In this document: positions 6,713 to 13,468 of the stretch, piece after piece
Numbering within the stretch: position 1 is the stretch's first letter
How the letters are laid out: every line of letters starts with the position of its first letter
Assembly (NCBI GenBank): GCA_027050205.1
Contig: JALUCS010000068.1
Location: forward strand, 1 to 13,468
Source: a candidate division WOR-3 bacterium
GTDB taxonomy: Bacteria; Hydrothermota; Hydrothermia; LBFQ01
Reading direction: 5' to 3'
DNA length: 13,468 nt
Translations under genes and position numbers: made by a program
Notes under the pieces: generated by a model
Told to the model about the DNA's origin: nothing
Database searches by the model: none
What the model saw: only the letters and a program-made list of their open reading frames with translations

Positions 6713-6970
6713 CTACGCTATCCCCAACCTCCGTGCCTCCGCGAGGAAACTGACGACGTCCCTGTAGGCCTCGGCAAACTCCACCTCGTACTCCTCGGTC
6801 AGGGTGCGGGCTATGTCCTCGGCTCCGAGGCCCTTCCCCTTAAGCTCTAAGATGCGACTGGCCGTCTCGTTCAGGACGTAGGGGGACCTTCCGGCCGCCG
6901 TCAGCTTACCCGTTAGGCCGACGGCTATGGCGACCCCTGCGGCTGCCTTCAGGAAATCACGACGCTTCAT
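6713..6970 (-). CDS. PqqD-family (RiPP recognition element-like) protein with an N-terminal twin-arginine signal
   Basis: MKRRDFLKAAAGVAIAVGL matches the Tat consensus plus an h-region. It is followed by YVLNETASRILEL...AEDIARTLTEEYEVEFAEAYRDVVSFLAEARRLGI, the PqqD helical pattern LNeta..I...I...L...Y.V......Dv..FL. SD-like GAGGG is upstream. Confidence 0.75.
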   Translation of the reverse strand: MKRRDFLKAAAGVAIAVGLTGKLTAAGRSPYVLNETASRILELKGKGLGAEDIARTLTEEYEVEFAEAYRDVVSFLAEARRLGIA

Positions 6971-6976
6971 AGCCCT

Positions 6977-9406
6977 CTATTTTAAGGGTGCGACCGCCCT
7001 CTTTACAACCCCTTTGCACACGATGAAGAAGACCCCCTTCCGGAGGTGGAGGGGATAGACGCCCTTCCCGTCCGTCCTGCCCTCGGCGAGGAGGCGGCCG
7101 TCGGCGGAATACACCTTTACGGGGGTACCCGGAGGGGCTTCCACCTTACCGTCCCCGATGGAGCAGTGGGCATCGGTACCGGCGCCCTCACCTACGGCCA
7201 TACCCGGCAGGATGGAGACGTCGTCTATGGATACGTCGGTGTCCCCGTAGTCGCTCCGGGCCACGAGCTTTAGGTAGAGGGTGTCGGCCGGTGGTAGGTT
7301 GAAGGAGTACTCCCGCCAGAGGGGGATGTCTCCGAATACGCCCCCTAAGAGGTACCATATCCCCTCGCCGGCCCTCTTGTAGTATATGTCAATGCGGTCG
7401 TAGTTCCCCCTGCCCGCCCACGTGGGGCCGTTCCAGACCTTCAGGGAGAGGTGGGCGGGGCCGGAGGACACTATCGGGGGTAGGTGAAGGGCGGAGGAGT
7501 CCCCGGAGGGGAGGACGAAAGATAGGAACTCGGCGAACCCGCTCCCGGAGGAGCCGAAGGTGGGGGAGACGCGGGCGTCCCCAAGGTAATGGCCCGGCAC
7601 CCACCCCCTGCCAGCGATTCCCCAGCCGATTGGGGGCCACCTCCCTTCAAAGTCCTGTACGTAGGGCGGTGAGACGGGCCTGCCAACCGGGACGTAGGAG
7701 AGGACGGAGTCGTTTCCAGAGGACATATCGGGGTTTATGTGCGCTAAGAGGGTGTAATGGCCGCTGTCGGGAGGGAGCCATCGGAAGTGGAGGGTGTCTG
7801 TAGAGCCGTAGGCTACGTTAAGGAGCCTCTCAAAGTGGGCGATGGGGGTACCGTCCCGGAGTATCTCAACCTTCAAGGTCTCCACTTTTATAACGAGGGA
7901 ACGGTTGTCGTATATGATGACGGAGGTCGTGCATACCCTCTCCGCCCAACACGGGCGGATCAGGGGTAGGATGCCGACGTCCCTCCACCCCTCCGGTCTC
8001 TGGAGGGTCAGGTGGGTGTTTGCCGGCCCGAAGGTGTCCGGGGAGAGGTCTGCCGTCTGGGGCCACCACGCCCAGAACTTCCCGCTCCTCCCCTCCCTGT
8101 AGGCCACGAATAGGGAGAAGTCTTCGCCAACCCTCCTGTCCAGCTTACCGGGGTCGGAGGAGGGGGAGATGGGTATTGAGACTTCAAAGGTGCCACCGAG
8201 GCGGGCGAAGTTGAGGGTGAGGTCCTTCCGTGGGAAGACGTACCCCTCGCTGCTGTCCCTGGTCGCCCACAGGGAGTAGGGCCTACCCCACAGGACGTTG
8301 AGGCCCTCCCCCTTTTCCCAACGGTTGTCTCCGTCGTCCTCTATAAACAGATATAGGACATCCGTACTGTCGTAGGTGGTGTCTCCCGTCTGGATTAGGA
8401 GGTTGAGGTGGGAACCGTCGTGTTGGAGCCGCACCATCACCACCCCCGTATCCGTAGGGGGGGAGGCCTTGCCAAAGTAGTTGGAGGCGTCTATCCTGTA
8501 GGAGGAGTCCCACTCCCCCGGTGAGGCCCGGCCGTCCAGATCCACCGATGGGGCGAAGGGGACCTCAAAGATGATGTCGGGGTAGGGCCACACCTTGAAG
8601 ACCTTGCGGGCGGTGTCGTTGCCGGCGTACTCGTCCCCCCCCGCCTCCACGATGGCCACCGCCTCGTACGTTCCGAGGCTCTCCGGTATAAACCACGGGA
8701 AGGCGATGTCGTAGTACGCCCCCGTATCGGCGGTGAGGTCGGCCGTCCCCCTATAGACCGTATCCCCTCGGTAGAGGACGTAGAAGTGGGCGTAGGTGTA
8801 GACGGCCGTCGTCCCCCTGTTGGTTATCCTGACCGTCGGTGAGATGTACTCCCCCCTGTAATGGAGGGCTTCGGGTACGAGTATGGCCGTAGCCTCAACG
8901 TCCGTACCCAAGAGCCTTCGCCCCTCTACGGAAACCTCGTCTATGGCAAACCAGTAGGCCCCCTCTTGGGAGTAGTACGCTAGGGCCACCTGAACGCTGT
9001 CGTACCCCGTAAGGAGGGGTAAGGTATCCCACCCTCTCCCGGTTGCCTCGTACCTCCTTAGGCTCACCCACGGCCCCCAGGTGGAACCGTCGTAGTACCT
9101 GACCATAACGACGGCGGAGTCGGAGGAGGTAGGCCCTTCTCGGTTGAAGGCGTAGGAGTAGGTTAGCCGTAGGCTATCGTACCCGGAGACGGAGACGGCC
9201 GGAGATAGGAGGGTGTCGGCGTAGAGTCCGGGGGTGCGGGCGTCGCATACGGCGTAGTGGGAACCTGCCCCTTCAGGCTCGTAGGGGAGGGTACCGTAGG
9301 CGTAGGTCTGCCAGGTAGGGGCGTCCCCGCCGTTCCCTACGGACCAGCCCGCCAGGCTCCCCTCAAACCCTCCGGACAGCAAATGTACCCACGTGAAGAG
9401 GGGCAT
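6977..9406 (-). CDS. Large extracellular multidomain adhesin-like protein with a T9SS-type C-terminal sorting-like domain
   Basis: Start revised to ATG 9406 (TAGAAT 8 nt upstream; this avoids overlap with dnaB). Two cleaved-adhesin/MAM-like jelly-roll modules (GFEG..GW...AIDEVSV; DFEG.WPP.GW...SIDDVSI), two CARDB/Ig-like modules ending in GND(T/S), a CBM9/DOMON-like module (LDG....GEW) and a C-terminal VKVYSADGRLL...LRKGVFFIV. Domain names come from pattern recognition only. Confidence 0.7.
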   Translation of the reverse strand: MPLFTWVHLLSGGFEGSLAGWSVGNGGDAPTWQTYAYGTLPYEPEGAGSHYAVCDARTPGLYADTLLSPAVSVSGYDSLRLTYSYAFNREGPTSSDSAVVMVRYYDGSTWGPWVSLRRYEATGRGWDTLPLLTGYDSVQVALAYYSQEGAYWFAIDEVSVEGRRLLGTDVEATAILVPEALHYRGEYISPTVRITNRGTTAVYTYAHFYVLYRGDTVYRGTADLTADTGAYYDIAFPWFIPESLGTYEAVAIVEAGGDEYAGNDTARKVFKVWPYPDIIFEVPFAPSVDLDGRASPGEWDSSYRIDASNYFGKASPPTDTGVVMVRLQHDGSHLNLLIQTGDTTYDSTDVLYLFIEDDGDNRWEKGEGLNVLWGRPYSLWATRDSSEGYVFPRKDLTLNFARLGGTFEVSIPISPSSDPGKLDRRVGEDFSLFVAYREGRSGKFWAWWPQTADLSPDTFGPANTHLTLQRPEGWRDVGILPLIRPCWAERVCTTSVIIYDNRSLVIKVETLKVEILRDGTPIAHFERLLNVAYGSTDTLHFRWLPPDSGHYTLLAHINPDMSSGNDSVLSYVPVGRPVSPPYVQDFEGRWPPIGWGIAGRGWVPGHYLGDARVSPTFGSSGSGFAEFLSFVLPSGDSSALHLPPIVSSGPAHLSLKVWNGPTWAGRGNYDRIDIYYKRAGEGIWYLLGGVFGDIPLWREYSFNLPPADTLYLKLVARSDYGDTDVSIDDVSILPGMAVGEGAGTDAHCSIGDGKVEAPPGTPVKVYSADGRLLAEGRTDGKGVYPLHLRKGVFFIVCKGVVKRAVAPLK

Positions 9407-9414
9407 GCTCCCAG

Positions 9415-9466
9415 ATTCTAAGGGCGTACCCTGCGAAGATGCTGTGGCCTTGGCCCACTTTAGAAT
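9415..9466. promoter_or_regulatory. Divergent -10 boxes for probable leaderless transcripts (surface protein and dnaB)
   Basis: Minus-strand TAGAAT 9420-9415 lies 8 nt before ATG 9406. Plus-strand TAGAAT 9461-9466 lies 7 nt before ATG 9474. Confidence 0.6.
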
Positions 9467-9473
9467 TGTGCCT

Positions 9474-10847
9474 ATGCAGGAGATAAAGGTACCCCACAAC
9501 ACCGACGCCGAGATGGCTATCCTATCCGCCTGCTTGTACAAGCCCGACCTCCTGGCCCGCGCTGTGGTGGAGCTTCACGAGGACGACTTCTACGATCCGA
9601 GGCACAGGACACTCTTCTCCGCCCTGAAGTCCCTCCACAGCGAGAAGCCCGCTGTAGACGGGGCTATACTCCTTGAGTACCTCAAGAGGCACAACCTGTT
9701 GGAGAAGGTGGGGGGTCTGAACTACCTCGCCGAGATATTTGACAGGATAAGGGGGTCGGTCTCCCTCTCCCTGTTTGACCAGTACCTCAAGATAGTCCGG
9801 GATAAGGCCATAAAGAGGGGCATAATAAACACCTTCTCCGAGACCATAAAGCTCGCCTACGAGGACGAGTTGGATGCCGAGACCATCCTTGATAAGGCGG
9901 AGAAGGAGATATTTGACATCAGGATGAGGACGATAAGGTCCGCCCAGTGGGTCCCCGTGGGGGAGGTGGCTATGAGGCTGCTGAACACCCTTGAGGAGAG
10001 GGTGAGCGGGAACCTGCCATCGGAGGCGGTGCTGACGGGCTTCAGTAAATTGGACGAGATAACGGGGGGATTCCGGCCGGGGGAGTGGGTGATAGTGGCC
10101 GCCCGTCCGTCCGTGGGTAAGACGGCCTTCGTCCTCAACATCCACCGTAATATGGCCCTGGACGGCATCCCCACGGCTATGTTCTCCCTTGAGATGACGG
10201 CGGAGGCCCTGGCCATGAGGCTCCTCGCCCTTGAGAGCGGCATCCCTATGTTCCTCCTGCGGGAGGGGAGGATAGAACCCAAGGACCTGTCCCGACTCGC
10301 CGACGCCGTTGAGCGTATGTTGGACATGCCCTTCTACATAGACGTCACCCACGGCATAGACATCTTTGAGATAAGGAGCAAAGCCCGTATGGTCGTCCAG
10401 GAGTACGGCGTTAGGATGATCTCCATAGACTACCTCCAGCTGATGGACCTCCGCGGTGGGAGGGGAAGGAACATGACGAGGGCGGAGGAGTTGGCCAAGA
10501 TCTCCCGGAGCCTTAAGATCCTCGCGGGGGAGTTGGGGGTCTCTATCGTAGGCATATCGCAGGTTAGCCGTGAGGTGGAGAAGAGGGCGGACAAGAAGCC
10601 CACGATGGCCGACCTAAGGGAGTCGGGGGCCCTGGAGCAGGATGCGGATATAATCCTTCTCCTCTACCGCCCCGGTCAGTACGACAAGGACGCCGACGAC
10701 ACCCTCGTGGAGGTGGAGGTGGCCAAGAACAGGCAGGGGAGCCAGGGGACGGTGAAACTCCACTTCTACCGTGAGTTTATGAGGTTCGCCGACTGGCACG
10801 AGGAGGACGGCAGCATAGAGGAGGTGGAGGAAGACGTCCCGTGGTGA
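9474..10847 (+). CDS. dnaB: Replicative DNA helicase
   Basis: PHNTDAE N-terminus, AARPSVGKT, FSLEM, IDYLQLM, DLRESGALEQDAD and KNRQG. No intein. Start revised from 9393 to ATG 9474. Confidence 0.97.
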   Translation: MQEIKVPHNTDAEMAILSACLYKPDLLARAVVELHEDDFYDPRHRTLFSALKSLHSEKPAVDGAILLEYLKRHNLLEKVGGLNYLAEIFDRIRGSVSLSLFDQYLKIVRDKAIKRGIINTFSETIKLAYEDELDAETILDKAEKEIFDIRMRTIRSAQWVPVGEVAMRLLNTLEERVSGNLPSEAVLTGFSKLDEITGGFRPGEWVIVAARPSVGKTAFVLNIHRNMALDGIPTAMFSLEMTAEALAMRLLALESGIPMFLLREGRIEPKDLSRLADAVERMLDMPFYIDVTHGIDIFEIRSKARMVVQEYGVRMISIDYLQLMDLRGGRGRNMTRAEELAKISRSLKILAGELGVSIVGISQVSREVEKRADKKPTMADLRESGALEQDADIILLLYRPGQYDKDADDTLVEVEVAKNRQGSQGTVKLHFYREFMRFADWHEEDGSIEEVEEDVPW

Positions 10848-10871
10848 GTTTTTCCCCTTCAGAATATCGGT

Positions 10872-12236
10872 ATGACCTGGAAGGAGCGCCTGAAGATGGC
10901 CCTCGGTGAGGAGGTGGTGAGGGACGACCCCCATCACCTTGAGGGGTACGCTCGCGACTCCTCCGACGCCCCGGCCGTCGTACCGGAGGCCGTCATACAC
11001 CCAAGGAACGCCGAAGAGGTCGTAAAGGCGGTTAATATCCTGCGGGAGTACCGGATACCCATAACGCCGAGGGGGTCGGGTACCTCCTTGAGCGGTGGGG
11101 CCGTCCCCCATCCGGGTGGGGTGGTCATAGCCTTTGACAGGATGGCGAGGATAAAGGAGATAAACGCCGATGACCTCTTAGCGGTGGTTGAGCCGGGGGT
11201 GATAACGGGGGACCTCCACAGGGCCGTGGAGGAGATGAACCTCTTCTATCCACCGGATCCGGCGAGCCTTGAGACCTGCACCGTAGGGGGGAACGTCGCC
11301 GAAAACGCCGGTGGGCCACGGGCCTTGAAGTACGGGACCACCAAACACTACGTCCTGGAGTTGGAGGTCGTAACGGCGACGGGTGAGAGGGTGAAGGTGG
11401 GTAAGAGGACGAAGAAGTGGGTGGTGGGGTACGACCTACCCTCCCTCTTCACAGGGAGCGAGGGGACCCTCGGCATAATAACCGAGGTAGCCTTGAGGCT
11501 CCTGCCCCGTCCCCCCAAGAGGTTCACCCTCCTCGCCGCCTTCCCAGACGAGGTATCGGCCGGACGCACCGTCTCGGAGATGGTCCGTAGGGGACTCTTG
11601 CCCGCCGCCCTTGAGTTCGTAGACCACAAGTGCATAGAGGCGGTCGGCGAAAAGATAGCCCCCTTCCTGCCGAAGGGAACGGGGAGCTTCCTCTTGGTGG
11701 AGTACGACGGCTTCGGCCCGGAGTTTGAGGCTCAGGTTGAAATAACCTACGAGATAGCCTCAAGGAACGGGAGCCTTGAGCTCCTGGCGGCGGAAGATGA
11801 AAGTACCCGGAGGAGGCTGTGGGAGGCCCGTCGGGGGGTACTACCGGCGTTGGAGGGGTTGGGGTACGCCATAAGGCACGAGGACGTCGTGGTTCCGAGG
11901 AGCAGGATACCCGACCTCATAGCCCACACAGAGGAGGTAGAGAGGAAGGTCGGGGTAAAGTTGGCCAGCTTCGGACACGCAGGGGACGGCAACATCCACG
12001 TCAACGTCCTCTACGAGCCGGGGCAGGAGGAGAAGATGGAGCGGGCGGTGAATATGGTAGTGGAGAAGGTCTGGGAGTTGGGGGGGACGAGCGCCGGGGA
12101 GCATGGGATAGGCACCCTCAAGAGGGAGCTGATGAGGAGGGAACTGCCCCCGTTCGTCTATACCCTCCTGAAGGACGTAAAGGCCCTCTTTGACCCGGAC
12201 GGCATCCTAAATCCGCACGTTATGTTCCTGCCGTAG
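10872..12236 (+). CDS. FAD-linked oxidase, GlcD / D-lactate dehydrogenase family
   Basis: PRGSGTSLSGG, YPPDPAS, GGNVAENAGG, KYG, GSEGTLGIITE, GHAGDGNIH, GEHGIG and FDPDGILNP. CAGAAT lies 6 nt before the ATG. Confidence 0.9.
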   Translation: MTWKERLKMALGEEVVRDDPHHLEGYARDSSDAPAVVPEAVIHPRNAEEVVKAVNILREYRIPITPRGSGTSLSGGAVPHPGGVVIAFDRMARIKEINADDLLAVVEPGVITGDLHRAVEEMNLFYPPDPASLETCTVGGNVAENAGGPRALKYGTTKHYVLELEVVTATGERVKVGKRTKKWVVGYDLPSLFTGSEGTLGIITEVALRLLPRPPKRFTLLAAFPDEVSAGRTVSEMVRRGLLPAALEFVDHKCIEAVGEKIAPFLPKGTGSFLLVEYDGFGPEFEAQVEITYEIASRNGSLELLAAEDESTRRRLWEARRGVLPALEGLGYAIRHEDVVVPRSRIPDLIAHTEEVERKVGVKLASFGHAGDGNIHVNVLYEPGQEEKMERAVNMVVEKVWELGGTSAGEHGIGTLKRELMRRELPPFVYTLLKDVKALFDPDGILNPHVMFLP

Positions 12237-12247
12237 GGCTACGGGCG

Positions 12248-12253
12248 TATAAT
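12248..12253 (+). promoter_or_regulatory. -10 box for the riboswitch transcript
   Basis: A perfect TATAAT lies 5 nt before the P1 helix start at 12259. Confidence 0.6.
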
Positions 12254-12258
12254 AGCCC

Positions 12259-12452
12259 GTCTCCGGGTTGAGGGAATCCCGTGAGAATCGGGAGCCGTCC
12301 CGGCGGCCGTGAGCGGGAGCGAAACCCCAAACAGGCCACTGTCCCGCCGAGGCGGGATGGGAAGGCCGGGGGAGTAGGTAGCCCGCGAGCCGGAAGACCT
12401 GCCCGGAGACAGGTCGCGGGACTTCGCCGGGGTTCGGGGTCCCGGATGCGAC
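12259..12452 (+). ncRNA. Cobalamin (B12) riboswitch, long class-I type, with expression platform
   Basis: Closing helix GTCTCCGGG 12259-12267 / CCCGGAGAC 12402-12410. Conserved AGGGAA, T-loop hairpin, GCCACTG...GGGAAGG and B12 box GAGCCGGAAGACCTGCC. Loop TCCCGG (12298-12303) is complementary to loop CCGGGG (12427-12432) of hairpin 12417-12444, forming the kissing loop. Confidence 0.95.
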
Positions 12453-12475
12453 GCTTTCGGATAAGACGGCTATGA
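12446..12475 (+). CDS. Putative 9-aa uORF (MRRFRIRRL) overlapping the downstream start (ATGA)
   Basis: SD-like GGGGT (12436-12440) lies inside the riboswitch hairpin, 5 nt before ATG 12446. The stop TGA 12473-12475 overlaps ATG 12472. Confidence 0.4.
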   Translation: MRRFRIRRL

Positions 12476-13468
12476 TGAGGCGGTTCTTCTTATGCGCAAC
12501 GGTATCGCTCTGGGCGGTACCCGTCTTTGCCCAGAGGGTAGTGGTATCCCACGGGCCGTACGGCTCGGCCGGACCCCTGTACGTCTTTGAGGCTACCTCC
12601 CCCTTCTCCTTCGTAGACTCCTCCGACGCCTACGGTATGCTCGTAAATCACGTCAAGTACGTCGGTGGCAAACTCTACTCCGTCGCCTCCCAGATGGACT
12701 TCATATACATCCACGACACCTCCCTCGTCCCGTTGGACAGCGTACCCACGGACAGTGGGGCTAACCTCTGGATGGGGGACTACACGGAGGACGGTAGGGG
12801 CTTCGTGTCCGAGTACCTCCTCAACCGCATAGCAGCCTACGACCTGAACTCCCACACCCAACTGTGGGCTACGGAGGTGAACCTCTCCCCCACCTACGTG
12901 GGCCTTTACGGGGACAAACTCCTCGCCGTCTCCAGCGGCTACGATATGGGGTCCTACGTACCCGGCCCCTCCACCGTCTATCTCCTTGACACGGCCACCG
13001 GTGGCATCATAGACAGCATCAGGGTGGGGTTGAACCTCCTCTACGCCACCCCCTGGAGGGGGGACACCATCCTCGCCGTAGGGGGAGCCTACGGGGACAC
13101 CACTACCCAGAAGGTGTACGTCCTCCTCTACTCCTCTGGCTTCTCGGTCGTAGACTCCTTCAGGACGCCCTTCTTCGCCTCCTTCATCTCTCCCCTCGGT
13201 GGGGACACGGCCATAGTGGCCGGATACGGGGCCATAGCGTTCTTCGTCCTCTCCTCCGGCACCTTCCAGCCTCTCAACTACGGCTCCCACGGTGGTTTCT
13301 CCTCGGCGGTGGCCTACGGGGATTACATCTTCGCCCCGGCGGCCGAGGACTACGTCTCCCCCGGAAACCTCCTCGTCTTTGACCGTGCCAGCGGAGACTT
13401 GGTGGCGACGCAACCCTTGAGCGTGTCCCCCTCCTCCATCACCCTTATGCCCTCTTCTACCTCCGTCG
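12472..13468 (+). CDS. Secreted YncE/BtuG-like beta-propeller, probable cobalamin-binding protein; runs off the right edge
   Basis: Not in the ORF track. The frame is open from 12472 to the edge. Signal peptide MMRRFFLCATVSLWAVPVFA-Q, blade-like repeats (STVYLLDTATGGIIDSIRVG) and a BtuG-like last blade (EDYVSPGNLLVFDRASGDLVATQPLSVSPSSI). It lies directly downstream of a B12 riboswitch. Confidence 0.8.
   Translation, partial: MMRRFFLCATVSLWAVPVFAQRVVVSHGPYGSAGPLYVFEATSPFSFVDSSDAYGMLVNHVKYVGGKLYSVASQMDFIYIHDTSLVPLDSVPTDSGANLWMGDYTEDGRGFVSEYLLNRIAAYDLNSHTQLWATEVNLSPTYVGLYGDKLLAVSSGYDMGSYVPGPSTVYLLDTATGGIIDSIRVGLNLLYATPWRGDTILAVGGAYGDTTTQKVYVLLYSSGFSVVDSFRTPFFASFISPLGGDTAIVAGYGAIAFFVLSSGTFQPLNYGSHGGFSSAVAYGDYIFAPAAEDYVSPGNLLVFDRASGDLVATQPLSVSPSSITLMPSSTSV

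Noticed and set aside
9393..9541. Overlapping long starts for dnaB (9393) and the 854-aa ORF (9541)
   Set aside because: DnaB homology begins at MQEIKVPHN (9474). Divergent -10 boxes support 9474 and 9406, which removes the overlap.
12236..12260. Hairpin ACGGGC/GCCCGT after the oxidase gene as a terminator
   Set aside because: It has no U-tract and its loop is the TATAAT promoter box.
12281..12445. 5' part of the 64-aa ORF 12281-12475
   Set aside because: It runs through the riboswitch aptamer. Only the last 9 codons are considered as a uORF.
12490..13413. 307-aa minus-strand ORF
   Set aside because: It is the antisense shadow of the riboswitch-controlled propeller gene on the plus strand.
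1..13468. CRISPR array, tRNA/rRNA, IS element or dnaB intein
   Set aside because: I saw no repeat-spacer periodicity, RNA gene signatures or transposase, and DnaB is of normal length.

Overview
GC-rich bacterial chromosomal window. A T9SS-like C-terminal sorting domain and a BtuG-like gene hint at an FCB-superphylum host (inference only). Most housekeeping genes appear leaderless: a partial CopA-type ATPase, a PflX-like radical SAM protein, a large adhesin-like surface protein, dnaB and a GlcD-like FAD oxidase. Between them lies a visibly AT-richer ~4.6 kb class III lanthipeptide (RiPP) cluster. It has a divergent peptidase-less ABC exporter, a 40-aa precursor missing from the ORF track (3193-3315, MKKVLRLQRVKDSRTPKIVVCPPWRPSSFLFSITHVADTP) and an 890-aa LanKC. 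The precursor lacks the canonical S-x-x-S-x(n)-C labionin motif: its only Cys lies N-terminal to the Ser cluster. It sits in a structured transcript framed by 14-bp inverted repeats, with a possible pseudoknot in the 5' UTR. Next to the cluster is an operon encoding the surface protein, a twin-arginine-signal/PqqD(RRE)-like fusion and a degenerate FtsE-like ATPase. The window ends with a cobalamin riboswitch, a 9-codon uORF and a secreted BtuG-like beta-propeller that runs off the edge.
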